64,000 bases of DNA, from NCBI GenBank assembly GCA_900542425.1, contig UQNQ01000002.1:111483-175482 (forward strand). The letters are read 5' to 3'. This stretch comes from an uncultured Eubacteriales bacterium (GTDB taxonomy: Bacteria; Bacillota; Clostridia; Oscillospirales; CAG-272). How positions within the stretch are numbered: position 1 is the stretch's first letter; each line of letters begins with the position of its first letter. The notes below the pieces were generated by a model. The model saw only the letters and a program-made list of their open reading frames with translations. It made no database searches and was not told the origin of the DNA. A program made the translations under genes and the position numbers. Positions 36,365 to 46,499 of the stretch are shown here, in pieces.

Positions 36365-38404
36365 TTATTTTTCATATGGTACGGTTAAAGGTTTTCCCGC
36401 CTCAATCGGATACGTCTTATCCTTTATCACAAGCGTACCGCCTTCCACATCGCTTTTTACCGTAACCGCAGATGCATCCACAGAGACTTCAACCGTGCCG
36501 TTCGGTACAGGGACCTTTCCGGAAAAGCTACCGAAACACATCAGACTCGGCTTGACTTCATAGGTCGCATACGCAGGAGAAGTCGGACGTACACCAAGCG
36601 CATACTTCCCAAGAAGATAAATCGGAGATGCTCCCCACGCATGACAAAGGCTTTTTCCATAAAGACGGCCGTACATTGCGTAATGCTCCGTTCCTGAACG
36701 ATCCGGGAAATATTCTTCCCAAATGGTAGTAGCGCCAAGGCGAATCATTCCGCCCCAATAACTGTGCAGCATATCCGTCATATAATCGAATTCTCCGATC
36801 TGACACATAGCATCCAATTCAAAGAATTCAAAATAAGGCGTTGTGATCGGACGAATATCCTTATTTTTAATTACATGAACAATGATTTTTTCTTTTCTTT
36901 CTTCACTTGTCAAATCATAAAGCAAGGCGAAAATATTGGCATGACGTGTAATATTCCGATTTCCGGTTTTATAATCATCCACAAAGCCGCCTTTTTCCTC
37001 GTCCCAATAGCGGTCGTTGATAATTTTGGCAAGTCGAGACGCTGCGGCCCGATAAAGAGCTTCCTCTTCGGACTCATTTAAAAGCTCTGCGCAATTCGCC
37101 ATACACTGATAAGCACGGCAGAGCAGCATTTGCTCAGCACAAAGAGGTCCAGAATCTTTGTCAAATTTTGACCAGTCCACGAAAACCCAATCGCCCGCAC
37201 GCTTGATATATAAGCCGTCCTCATCCAGTCTTCCCGTAATAAATGCCATCGTCGAGCGCATCTGCGGATATACGGCACGAACAAAGGCGGAATCTCCCGT
37301 ATGGAAATAATATTCCCAAATACTCATAATCCAATAAAATGTATAATCGGGAATGGTATTGACATGCATGGTCATCGGTTCCGCACCGCGAAGAATTCTC
37401 AGGGTACGCCGTACGATATCGTTATCATTCATCAAATAATAATTGACAAAAAAGCTTTGGTACGCATCTCCGCCCCATACCCAGCGGTCACGCTTGATCC
37501 CGTCAAAGAAGCCTTCACGTGCATTCAAGTGCAAGGTATAAGAAGATACTTCCCAAATTTTGTTGACCATCTCGTCATCCGAATGGAAAGCGCCCTTATC
37601 TGCAAGAGGCAGATATTCAAAATCTGCGGAAAGCTCCAAAGATTCGCAGGCTTCCGGTACAAAAACATATCGGAAAGCCACCGCTATGGATGTGAATTTT
37701 CCTTTTTCCGCTTTGGCATTCACAAGGACAATCGCATTGTCCGGATCAAGCGCCTCTTCACGGGATTCTCCGCAAACAACGAGAAATGCGGCATCCTCCG
37801 GTGCTACATTTTCAAAAATCAGCTTTCCGAAGCGTTCGCAGCCAAAATCAAATAGAATTCCTCCATTTATCTTCTCAGACAGAACCGGCCGGATACGTTC
37901 ATAGGAAAACTTAAATATTTCAGGATTGTCGGAAAGCTCCGTATACATATCATTTGTTCCCGCAGGAAGATCCCCCACGCCAAAAGAACCATATGACCAA
38001 CTTTCATCGGATGCAAACGTATCTCCTATACAGTATACCGCGGGCAAACCGCCGTCCTTATAGGCAAACACTTTCACCATTTGACGTCCCGGCTTCAGCG
38101 TTACCGTCGCACCGGAAGGATACCGTACACCGTCCACCAGAATGCTTGCATGTTCCGTATTGGCATAAAACGTCACGTCTTCCGGTTTCTCAAGGTTGGC
38201 GACCTTATAAAGGAAGAGATTTCTGTGCGGTGCATCCACGCGCCACATAGGGGAATAATAAACAGGTCCTTTCGACACCGTTTGGGAACCTGTCCCCGAT
38301 TCCGTCGAATAATGCTCGCCTCCCATTGTCCGTCTGTTATGAACAAGCATTCCATGATACAGTTCAAAGTCACCCGGGCACCACATCCATTTTGATTGTT
38401 TCAT
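36365..38404 (-). CDS. GH78-like alpha-L-rhamnosidase family protein (cytoplasmic)
   Basis: The KRDRWVWGGDAY segment parallels the GH78 six-hairpin motif (QRDERLGWTGD type). No signal peptide. Start set at MKQSKW, 6 nt after GGAG. An alternative ATG lies at 38416. Confidence 0.65.
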   Translation of the reverse strand: MKQSKWMWCPGDFELYHGMLVHNRRTMGGEHYSTESGTGSQTVSKGPVYYSPMWRVDAPHRNLFLYKVANLEKPEDVTFYANTEHASILVDGVRYPSGATVTLKPGRQMVKVFAYKDGGLPAVYCIGDTFASDESWSYGSFGVGDLPAGTNDMYTELSDNPEIFKFSYERIRPVLSEKINGGILFDFGCERFGKLIFENVAPEDAAFLVVCGESREEALDPDNAIVLVNAKAEKGKFTSIAVAFRYVFVPEACESLELSADFEYLPLADKGAFHSDDEMVNKIWEVSSYTLHLNAREGFFDGIKRDRWVWGGDAYQSFFVNYYLMNDNDIVRRTLRILRGAEPMTMHVNTIPDYTFYWIMSIWEYYFHTGDSAFVRAVYPQMRSTMAFITGRLDEDGLYIKRAGDWVFVDWSKFDKDSGPLCAEQMLLCRAYQCMANCAELLNESEEEALYRAAASRLAKIINDRYWDEEKGGFVDDYKTGNRNITRHANIFALLYDLTSEERKEKIIVHVIKNKDIRPITTPYFEFFELDAMCQIGEFDYMTDMLHSYWGGMIRLGATTIWEEYFPDRSGTEHYAMYGRLYGKSLCHAWGASPIYLLGKYALGVRPTSPAYATYEVKPSLMCFGSFSGKVPVPNGTVEVSVDASAVTVKSDVEGGTLVIKDKTYPIEAGKPLTVPYEK

Positions 38405-38434
38405 TATAATCTCCATTCCGGTCTTTCATTCAAA

Positions 38435-39637
38435 TCAAAAGACCATAATAATAATTTTTGAAGCAAGTACTACACAGACAAGCGCAATCGGATAAGTTGC
38501 CGCGTAGGCAGAAGAAACTTCATCCGTTCCGGCAGACCGGATAAGGGCATCCAGTGCAGGCGTGCTTGTCATACCACCTGTGATCGAGCCGAGATTGTTG
38601 AAAATACTGAGCTTGAAAATATATTTTGCAACAACAAAACCAATGATCATCGGAAGCAGCGTCATAATAACTCCGTATAAGAAATACTTGAGCGCGATAT
38701 TTTCCATAAAATTGACGCCTCCCGGGACTCCTGCTCCGATAAGGAACAAAACAAGCCCAAGCTCTCGGAAAAACTGAAGAGATTCCTTGCCGATCCGGCA
38801 ATCGATCCCAAACAGATGTCCGAAGTGTCCGATGATTAAACCGGAAACCAGTGTTCCGCCAGAAGTACCGAGCGAGAAATTAATGCCCGGAATTTTAATG
38901 GACCCAATCAAGCAGCCAAATACAATAGCAAGGAAAAAGGCAAACGCGCCGAAGGGGTCGAGTTTTGTCAGCTTACGGGTAATCGGCTTCACCGTGACAG
39001 CGCCGGCCGCTTGAAAGGAAGCCCTCTCCTGCTCGATGTTCACACGCAAAAGCTTTGGAATAATCTGAACAAACAAAACAACGCCGAGAACACCGAATAC
39101 ATAGGCGATCCCGTATCCGGCGGTAACAGCCCCTGCCGCGTCTCCTTCTACCATTTCCTTTGCTGCGGAAAGGCCCGGCGTACTCGTCAATGCTCCCGTC
39201 AAAAGTCCTGTCGCCATCTCAGGGGACATGTCCCCGTCAAATACAAGAAGCAAAACGGCAGTAAGAGCACCGGCGAGTATTACAATAACCCCCATCAAAA
39301 TATAAGAAAGGGATTTTCTATTGAACGTCCGAAAGAATTTCGGTCCCGCAATCAAACCGATAGATGTCACAAAAAACGCCGTTCCAATCTGAGAAACCAA
39401 ACTAAAATTTGCCGATAATGAACTGCTGTACAGCGTAATGGTTTTCCCTCCGATTTCAAAAGAGGGCACATAGCTTGCCAGCACACCGAAAAGCAGCGCG
39501 ATAAGCAGTACGCCGGCAGTCCCGAGAGAAATCCCTTTGATGCTGATTCCTCCCACAAGATATCCTAGTGCCGCAATCACCGCGATAAAAAAGATGATAG
39601 AAAGCGCTGATGAAACGACCTCTCCTAAATATGCCAT
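38435..39637 (-). CDS. AAE-family (YidE/YbjL-type duplication) transporter lacking the central RCK_C domains
   Basis: Two homologous halves each carry the GxLTSTP(G/A)L signature, GALTSTPGLSAA and GGMTSTPALDAL. Length is 400 aa. Confidence 0.65.
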   Translation of the reverse strand: MAYLGEVVSSALSIIFFIAVIAALGYLVGGISIKGISLGTAGVLLIALLFGVLASYVPSFEIGGKTITLYSSSLSANFSLVSQIGTAFFVTSIGLIAGPKFFRTFNRKSLSYILMGVIVILAGALTAVLLLVFDGDMSPEMATGLLTGALTSTPGLSAAKEMVEGDAAGAVTAGYGIAYVFGVLGVVLFVQIIPKLLRVNIEQERASFQAAGAVTVKPITRKLTKLDPFGAFAFFLAIVFGCLIGSIKIPGINFSLGTSGGTLVSGLIIGHFGHLFGIDCRIGKESLQFFRELGLVLFLIGAGVPGGVNFMENIALKYFLYGVIMTLLPMIIGFVVAKYIFKLSIFNNLGSITGGMTSTPALDALIRSAGTDEVSSAYAATYPIALVCVVLASKIIIMVF

Positions 39638-39667
39638 AAATACCTCCCCTGTTTCGATTCCGTTGTT

Positions 39668-41101
39668 TCAGTTCCGGAGCATTTTTTGTTTGATGTCCCA
39701 AAGCTTTTGGGATAGATCGACATAATATTCATGCGGATTTTCAAACCGTTTGACCTCATCCCAAAGCTTATCGGTTTGTTCAGCGCAATATGCACGGATT
39801 TCCGCAGCAGAAGGAGAAGTATAAACACGCTTTCCATTCCGGAAAATCGGTTCCAGCAAGGTACGCAGATGATAATTGGTAAAGGTTTTTCGTTTCCATG
39901 TGTTCTGCGGATCAAAGATTTCAAGCGGTTTTGATTCATCGATTGTTTCGTCATATACGCAAAGCAGGTCCGCCGCCGCTTTTCCGCTTTCATTGTCATA
40001 AATCCGGTATACTTTTTTGAAATGAGGATTTGTGATTTTCTCCGGATTCTCACTGATTTTGATTTTCGGTTCAATGATTCCGTTCTTCTCTTTGGCGACA
40101 AGTTTGTATACGCCGCCGAACACGGGATCGCTTTTCGCTGTAATCAGCCGTTCCCCTACGCCGAAAGCATCGATTTCAGCACCTTGGCTTATGATGTCGC
40201 GAATAATATATTCATCCAGTGAATTGGATACAACGATTTTGGCTTCCGAAAATCCCTCTCTGATAAAAGCTGCCCGAATTTTTTTAGTCAAATAGGCAAT
40301 GTCACCCGAATCGATACGAACACCGAAATTCCGAATTCCCTGGGGAACAAGAATTTCCTTGAAAGCACGAATCGCATTCGGAAGCCCGCTGTTCAAGACG
40401 TTATATGTGTCGATGAGGAGCGTCGCATTGTTTGGATAAATCCGGCAGTACGTTTCAAACGCTTCGTATTCACTGTCAAACATCTGCACCCATGAATGTG
40501 CCATTGTCCCGGATGCCGGTGCTTGAAAATCTCGGTCACTCATCGTACAGGAAGTGGAGGAACATCCTCCGATAAACGCAGCTCGCGCCCCATAAATCGC
40601 GCCTTCCGCGCCTTGTGCCCTGCGCGCACCGAATTCTGCGACAGGACGTCCTGCGGCTGCTCTTACAATCCGGTTCGCTTTGGTTGCAATCAGCGACTGA
40701 TGATTTAACGCCAGCAGCACAAACGTCTCAATAAACTGCGCTTCGATGGCAGGGGCGCGGACCGTCATAATCGGCTCACGCGGGAAAATCGGAGTGCCTT
40801 CCGGAATGGCATAAATATCCCCTGTAAACCGAAACGTTTTGAGATATTCCAAAAATCTTTCGTCAAAAATATGTTTGGACCGAAGATATGTGATATCTTC
40901 CTCAGTAAAATTCAGATTTTCAATATATCCGATAACCTCGTCAAGCCCTGCCGCGATGGCATAACCACCCCCGTCGGGAATATCACGGAAAAACACATCA
41001 AAATATGCAATTTCATCCGCCTTTCCGGAGACAAAATATCCATTTGCCATCGTCAGTTCATAGAAATCCAGCAACATAGTATAGTTGGTACGATCAAGCA
41101 T
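39668..41101 (-). CDS. pncB: nicotinate phosphoribosyltransferase
   Basis: 477 aa. N-terminus LLDFYELTMANGYF and the overall NAPRTase layout. Confidence 0.9.
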   Translation of the reverse strand: MLDRTNYTMLLDFYELTMANGYFVSGKADEIAYFDVFFRDIPDGGGYAIAAGLDEVIGYIENLNFTEEDITYLRSKHIFDERFLEYLKTFRFTGDIYAIPEGTPIFPREPIMTVRAPAIEAQFIETFVLLALNHQSLIATKANRIVRAAAGRPVAEFGARRAQGAEGAIYGARAAFIGGCSSTSCTMSDRDFQAPASGTMAHSWVQMFDSEYEAFETYCRIYPNNATLLIDTYNVLNSGLPNAIRAFKEILVPQGIRNFGVRIDSGDIAYLTKKIRAAFIREGFSEAKIVVSNSLDEYIIRDIISQGAEIDAFGVGERLITAKSDPVFGGVYKLVAKEKNGIIEPKIKISENPEKITNPHFKKVYRIYDNESGKAAADLLCVYDETIDESKPLEIFDPQNTWKRKTFTNYHLRTLLEPIFRNGKRVYTSPSAAEIRAYCAEQTDKLWDEVKRFENPHEYYVDLSQKLWDIKQKMLRN

Positions 41102-41136
41102 TGATAGGAGCCCTCCAAAATCTATTATTCCGTATT

Positions 41137-41165
41137 ATTATAATATATCCTTTCCGAAAGTGCAA
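41137..41165 (-). promoter_or_regulatory. sigma-A type promoter for pncB
   Basis: The minus strand reads TTGCAC-N17-TATAAT, about 30 nt upstream of the GGAGGG RBS. Confidence 0.6.
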
Positions 41166-41203
41166 GAATTTACCGAAAAAATCGGTTAAAATTCTCTTTT
41201 TTA

Positions 41204-41232
41204 TTGACATGGAAAAAAGAGAATGATATGAT
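41204..41232 (+). promoter_or_regulatory. sigma-A type promoter for the EIIC-like gene
   Basis: TTGACA-N17-TATGAT with an extended -10 (TGATATGAT). The -35 box sits in the loop of a perfect 12-bp inverted repeat at 41191-41224. Confidence 0.65.
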
Positions 41233-41271
41233 AAATAGTAATATCTGCTTTTCAAATGGGGGTACAAAACG

Positions 41272-42366
41272 ATGGAAAACATCGAAAAAAAATCCGGAGG
41301 CAGTTTGTTGAAACGGCTTGCAAAACGGTATTTTATTGACGCAATGGGAGCCATGGCGCAGGGTCTTTTCGCATCCCTTCTTATCGGAACGATTTTCAGC
41401 GCACTCGGCATGATTCCCAATCTGGGATTTTTAACCGAAATCGGCAAATATGCGCAAGCAATGGCAGGACCGGCAATGGGTGCGGCAATCGCCTATTCGC
41501 TGGGAGGTCATCCGCTTGTCATTTTTTCTGCGGCAGCTGTCGGATATGCCGCAAATACACTTGGAGGCGCAGGAGGCCCGCTGGCAGTTTTCTTTATCAC
41601 CATTGCTGCGGTGGAAATCGGAATGCTTGTCTCCAAAAAAACGAAAGTTGACATCATCGTCACTCCGTTTGTTACCATCCTTGTAGGCGGTGGACTTTCT
41701 CTCTTAATCGCGCCGTATATCGGCATCGCCGTAGGTTATATCAGTGATTTCATCAGCTGGGCTGCGATTCAGGCACCGTTTGTAACGGGAATCATTGTTT
41801 CCGTTGTTATCGGCATGGTGCTTACCCTTCCTATTTCAAGCGCCGCTATTTGCGCCGGACTCACTCTTACAGGCAGCATTGCCGCAACAAGCAGTTCTGA
41901 GGGACTTGCTATTGCAGGTGCCGCTGCCATCGCCGGCTGTTGTGCGCAGATGGTCGGTTTTGCCGTTGTCAGCTTCCGTGAAAACAAATGGGGCGGACTT
42001 CTCTCTCAAGGCATTGGAACCAGTATGCTTCAGATGCCGAACATCATTAAAAATCCTTGCATATGGATTGCGCCAACGCTTGCCTCTGCCATTACCGGTC
42101 CGCTTGCGACCTGCGTATTTGATCTGAAAATGTACGGAGCGGCAATCAATTCCGGCATGGGAACCTGTGGTCTCCTTGGACCAATCGGAATGATTCTAGG
42201 TTGGTTTGACAAATCCAATGGATATCCGTATGAGGTAACCGTACTCAACTGGGTCGGACTCATTCTTGTCTGCTTTATTCTGCCGGCCGTTCTTACTCTG
42301 CTGTTCGATGCTCTGATAAGAAAATTAGGATGGGTGAAAAACGGCGATATGAAGCTGGATCTCTGA
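41272..42366 (+). CDS. PTS EIIC-like permease (PTS_EIIC_2 type), stand-alone
   Basis: 364 aa, polytopic and Gly/Ala-rich. The N-terminus LKRLAKRYFIDAMGAMAQGLF resembles this family (from memory). No EIIA, EIIB or kinase gene lies nearby. Confidence 0.55.
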   Translation: MENIEKKSGGSLLKRLAKRYFIDAMGAMAQGLFASLLIGTIFSALGMIPNLGFLTEIGKYAQAMAGPAMGAAIAYSLGGHPLVIFSAAAVGYAANTLGGAGGPLAVFFITIAAVEIGMLVSKKTKVDIIVTPFVTILVGGGLSLLIAPYIGIAVGYISDFISWAAIQAPFVTGIIVSVVIGMVLTLPISSAAICAGLTLTGSIAATSSSEGLAIAGAAAIAGCCAQMVGFAVVSFRENKWGGLLSQGIGTSMLQMPNIIKNPCIWIAPTLASAITGPLATCVFDLKMYGAAINSGMGTCGLLGPIGMILGWFDKSNGYPYEVTVLNWVGLILVCFILPAVLTLLFDALIRKLGWVKNGDMKLDL

Positions 42367-42422
42367 TGATACGGATCATGTTCTGAAGACAGGCTCGGTA
42401 GAAGACTTTCCATTTCGGGAAT

Positions 42423-42459
42423 AAAAAACAAGAGGTTTTTCAACCTCTTGTTTTCTTTT
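42423..42459. terminator. bidirectional terminator
   Basis: Stem acaagaggtt / aacctcttgt flanked by an A-run and a T-run. Confidence 0.75.
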
Positions 42460-42710
42460 CAGTCTGCAAAAACCGTGATTCGATTACTTACAGCTTCCGT
42501 AACCAAATCTACGATCCATATCACAATATTGCCGACAAAAGTAACCAGCCCCACAATTCCGACAACAAGCGTTACGATATTTCTCGTTTCAACATAGCGA
42601 AGAATTCGATAAATACCCCCGATAACCGCGCCGAAAAAAAGCTGCAATATAATTTTCGCAACCTTTGGAAGGCTTTCGTAGGTTTCCGTGATAGATGTAC
42701 TGTTTGACAT
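42459..42710 (-). CDS. small two-TM membrane protein (unknown function)
   Basis: 83-aa ORF with two clear hydrophobic helices. A terminator lies immediately downstream. Confidence 0.5.
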   Translation of the reverse strand: MSNSTSITETYESLPKVAKIILQLFFGAVIGGIYRILRYVETRNIVTLVVGIVGLVTFVGNIVIWIVDLVTEAVSNRITVFAD

Positions 42711-42824
42711 AAAAACGCTCCCTTTCTATATGTTATCATGCATCATGTCTTTTTGCTTTGTGAAGTATGTACTTTTTCTTTTTCATGATAAACCCGGATA
42801 TGCTTTCTATGAAACACTGTCAAT

Positions 42825-43952
42825 TTACCGGGATTCACTGGATTCTGCCGCTCTCACCCGATCCACAAGGGCATGAATTCTCCCGACAGGATTGAGCAAC
42901 TCGCTGATGGAGGAATCTGAATTCAGCGTATCAATGATATAGGACACATACTTGCACATATTGACCTCTGCATACCACGGGCGGTCAATGATGCTCTGCG
43001 GTCTGTAATTCAGATTTGTCGTGAAAATCTTATCAATCAGTCCTTTTTCATAGGCGGCGTCTATTTTTTCACATCCCGCCGTAAAAAGCCCGAAAGTTGC
43101 GAAGATAAAGACGCGGCGCGCACCTTTTTCTTTCAGCTGTTCCGCGATATCCAGTGTAGACTCGCCGGTGGCAATCATGTCATCCACAACAATAATATCT
43201 TTCCCTTCAACAGAACGTCCGAGGAATTCATGCGCTTCAATCGGATTGCGTCCGTCAATGACAATGGTATAGTTGCGGCGCTTATAAAACATACCAAGCT
43301 CAAGCCCCAAAACCGAGGAATAATACATGGAACGGGACATGGCCCCCTCATCCGGAGAAACAATCATCAGCGTATCTTTGTCAAAGGTGATATCCGGAAA
43401 TTCCCTAACCAACGCTTTGAGCATTTGATAAGACGGGCGAACATTGTCAAAGCCTCGTTGCGGAATTGCCTGCTGCACACGGGAGTCATGCGCATCAAAG
43501 GTAATGATATTGGATACTCCCATCGCCACAAGTTCCTGCAGGGCCATTGCGCAATCAAGAGATTCTCTTGACGTACGCCGATGCTGTCTGCCTTCATAAA
43601 GCATCGGCATAATAACCGAAACACGGCGGGCTTTTCCGCCAATCGCACAGATGATGCGTTTGAGATCCTGATAATGATCATCAGGACTCATGGGGACATT
43701 CATTCCGTACATCTTATAAGTAACTCCGTAGTTGAACACGTCGGCGAAAATATAAGTGTCATGTCCGCGCATTGTTTCATGAATAATGCCTTTTCCCTCC
43801 CCTGAACCGAAACGGGGACAGTCGGCATTTACAAGGAAAGTTCCCTCCTTATCCTTGCGCCACTGATGCAGATACCAATCGACATTTTCAAGAAATTTCT
43901 CGCTGCCTTTCATGCCGATAATACTGAGCTCGCCGTAATAGTTTTTCTCCAT
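42825..43952 (-). CDS. ribose-phosphate pyrophosphokinase-like protein (long form)
   Basis: PRPP-binding loop DIIVVDDMIATGESTL and a Prs N-domain. Start set at MEKNYYG after AAGAGGAAG. An alternative ATG lies at 43970. Confidence 0.75.
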   Translation of the reverse strand: MEKNYYGELSIIGMKGSEKFLENVDWYLHQWRKDKEGTFLVNADCPRFGSGEGKGIIHETMRGHDTYIFADVFNYGVTYKMYGMNVPMSPDDHYQDLKRIICAIGGKARRVSVIMPMLYEGRQHRRTSRESLDCAMALQELVAMGVSNIITFDAHDSRVQQAIPQRGFDNVRPSYQMLKALVREFPDITFDKDTLMIVSPDEGAMSRSMYYSSVLGLELGMFYKRRNYTIVIDGRNPIEAHEFLGRSVEGKDIIVVDDMIATGESTLDIAEQLKEKGARRVFIFATFGLFTAGCEKIDAAYEKGLIDKIFTTNLNYRPQSIIDRPWYAEVNMCKYVSYIIDTLNSDSSISELLNPVGRIHALVDRVRAAESSESR

Positions 43953-44002
43953 GCCATCTTCCTCTTTCATTGTATTATTTTATGCAGATATCTTTTTTTG
44001 GA

Positions 44003-45295
44003 TCAGAGATGGAAAGCGATTTCGATTTCCTTTACCTCTTCAGGGCTGATTTTAATAACCTCCCCGCCAAGGCTTGCTGCCTCCACAAGAGATTTTGCGC
44101 TATATTCCATAACCTCAAGGCGATCAAACGCATTGAGGAGCGAAGTTCCCGCAGCAATAATACAGTCATTTTCGATGATAACGACAGGATTTTTGATAGA
44201 GATTTCTTTCGCAAGCAGTTCCGGCTGCATGAAAGAGGAACCAAACGGATACTTGCGTACATTTTTCAGTGCAATATAGCTCTCCGGAATCAATCTGGCA
44301 TCAAATTCCTTATCTGTAATGGCAAACGCCATAATGTGCGGCGGATGCGCCACAATCACCGTTTTGATATCGGGATCTCTCTCATACAGAACCGCATGAA
44401 GTCTGACGGAGCGGGAAGGCGTCTTTCCGGCCTCACATTTGCCATCCCGAATCAGCACAAGGTCTTCCGGTTCAAGATAATTTCTGTCTTTGGCATATGG
44501 GGTAATGATAAACGACCCATCCGAAAGCTTACAGGAAAACGTTCCCTGATCGCTTGTGAACAGCTGATTGCCATATGCGCGGTGAATCAAATCACACATG
44601 TCACGGCGCACACCGAGTTCTTCGCTCGTATGGGTTTCCGGAACGAATTCTTCCATGTTCGGTGCCGTTTTGTTTTTATAAATTTCCATATGGCGCTCAG
44701 AAAGGCCGTGGATCGTTCCTCCCAGCGCTTTGGCATTGATTTGAATTCTTGCGCAATAATCAAGTGTTTCGAAATTCATAAACGCTCTGAACAAGGAATC
44801 CGCGCCAATAACAACCCCATGATTCTCCAGAACCACTGTGTTGATTCCTTTTTCAAACTCTGAAGATATCTTCTCTCCAAGCAAAGCGCTTCCGGGGAGT
44901 GCGTATTTCGCAATCGTGACCTTTCCCGAAAGGAATCTCGCATCAGGAATAATGGAAGTATCCGGAATTCCCCGCAAAAGGCTAAATGCGACAAGTGCCG
45001 GCGGATGTGCGTGAAGCACCGCTTTTAAATCGGGACGTTTTTTATAGATGGCAAGATGAAACGGATATTCCGAGGACGGTCTGTGAAGGCCGACAATGGT
45101 TCCGTCGGGTTTAATCTGCATAATATCCTCGCGGCGCAGACTTCCCTTATCAACCCCGCTCGGACTAATCCAAACGGTTCCTTCCGAATCGCGGATGGAA
45201 AGATTTCCCCCTGTCGTGGTCGTCATTCCATAATAATAGATTCGATTCATAATCATTACAATTTGGTCCGCCGGGTGAAGCATGTCAAAATTCAT
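44003..45295 (-). CDS. tandem class II aldolase/adducin-domain protein (candidate rhamnulose-1-phosphate aldolase)
   Basis: Two aldolase_II-like halves. The first keeps PSSE, HAH and ENHG (general acid plus three Zn-binding His). The second has PSRS, VAH and ENDC at the same positions. Confidence 0.75.
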   Translation of the reverse strand: MNFDMLHPADQIVMIMNRIYYYGMTTTTGGNLSIRDSEGTVWISPSGVDKGSLRREDIMQIKPDGTIVGLHRPSSEYPFHLAIYKKRPDLKAVLHAHPPALVAFSLLRGIPDTSIIPDARFLSGKVTIAKYALPGSALLGEKISSEFEKGINTVVLENHGVVIGADSLFRAFMNFETLDYCARIQINAKALGGTIHGLSERHMEIYKNKTAPNMEEFVPETHTSEELGVRRDMCDLIHRAYGNQLFTSDQGTFSCKLSDGSFIITPYAKDRNYLEPEDLVLIRDGKCEAGKTPSRSVRLHAVLYERDPDIKTVIVAHPPHIMAFAITDKEFDARLIPESYIALKNVRKYPFGSSFMQPELLAKEISIKNPVVIIENDCIIAAGTSLLNAFDRLEVMEYSAKSLVEAASLGGEVIKISPEEVKEIEIAFHL

Positions 45296-45428
45296 TTTTT
45301 TCTCCTTCCGAACAGCAAAAACTGTTCTTTTTTATTGAAAATAGATTTACAAAATTGATATGTCTGCAAGAAAAAGCGACGTCCTTCCCACTCATAAGGA
45401 ATTTTACAAGCAGCTTTGACAGCACTTT

Positions 45429-46484
45429 TCAAACGGTAATGGTGACTTTTTTCAGTACGTCTGACGCATCAGGATCAATACCGCGCGCGATCACCATTTC
45501 CAGCGCGAAAAGCTGAAGCGTAACAGCAGCACAAAAAGCGGAAATCACATCCGGAATAGGATAATCCGTATGATTCGGAATCGGCAGCACACGAACGCCC
45601 GCCTTTTCTGACAAAGAAGGATCATCCGTAATCAGAATCACCCTGGCGCCGATTTTTAAAAGCTCTTCCGTCATCTCAAGCGCGTCTCCCATCACCGCCC
45701 CGCGCAACGCAATCACAATTGCCGTATCTCCTGAATGGATCTGCGCTTTCGGGCCATGATGAAAATCAGACACGGCATATCCTCGCATTTTAATTCCGTT
45801 CGTTTCAAGGATTTTGAGCGTTCCCTCGCAGGCGATAGGATAGGCAAATCCCCGTCCAAGAACAACGGCGGATGAAATATTTTCATAGTCTTTCGCAATT
45901 CCCGATAATGTTTCCGGCATATATGTAAGAAGGGATTCGACCTCTCCGGAAACAGCTCCGAGCGCCCCCACAAGAGCTTCATCCCCAGCCCAGACAGCAG
46001 CAAGAAGCGCCAGCGCCAGCATTTGTGATGTAAACGTTTTGGTAGCTGCAATGCTTGTTTCGGGACCAGCATTGCAATATAAATGATATTTTGCCGTCTT
46101 TGCAAGCGGAGAACTTTTATCGTTTGTAACGGCAACCGTAACAGCCCCTGTCTGATTTGCACGGTCAAGAACCGCAAGAGCGTCTGCTGCCTTGCCGGAT
46201 TGGGAAATTCCGATCACAAGCGTTTTTTCAAAGGCAAGTTTTCCATTGTATTTGGAAACGACGGAAGGCGTAGTAAGCCCGCACGGAATCCCGACAAGCG
46301 TATGAATCAGGTATTGTGCGTATATTGCTGCGTGATCAGAGGTTCCTCGTGCTGCAAACTGCACATTGGTAACACCAGCTGCTCGGATATCCTCGACGAT
46401 TTTATGAACAGTAGCAAGATTTGCCGCTGTTACACCGGCAAGCACAGCCGGTTGTTCTCTGATTTCTTTTTCAAGATTGATCAT
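45429..46484 (-). CDS. double-SIS domain sugar-phosphate isomerase/deaminase-like protein (GlmS isomerase-domain, AgaS or FrlB type)
   Basis: 351 aa with two SIS repeats and the typical GISQSGKAAD segment. No glutaminase domain. Confidence 0.75.
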   Translation of the reverse strand: MINLEKEIREQPAVLAGVTAANLATVHKIVEDIRAAGVTNVQFAARGTSDHAAIYAQYLIHTLVGIPCGLTTPSVVSKYNGKLAFEKTLVIGISQSGKAADALAVLDRANQTGAVTVAVTNDKSSPLAKTAKYHLYCNAGPETSIAATKTFTSQMLALALLAAVWAGDEALVGALGAVSGEVESLLTYMPETLSGIAKDYENISSAVVLGRGFAYPIACEGTLKILETNGIKMRGYAVSDFHHGPKAQIHSGDTAIVIALRGAVMGDALEMTEELLKIGARVILITDDPSLSEKAGVRVLPIPNHTDYPIPDVISAFCAAVTLQLFALEMVIARGIDPDASDVLKKVTITV

Positions 46485-46499
46485 GTTTTCGTCTCCTCT

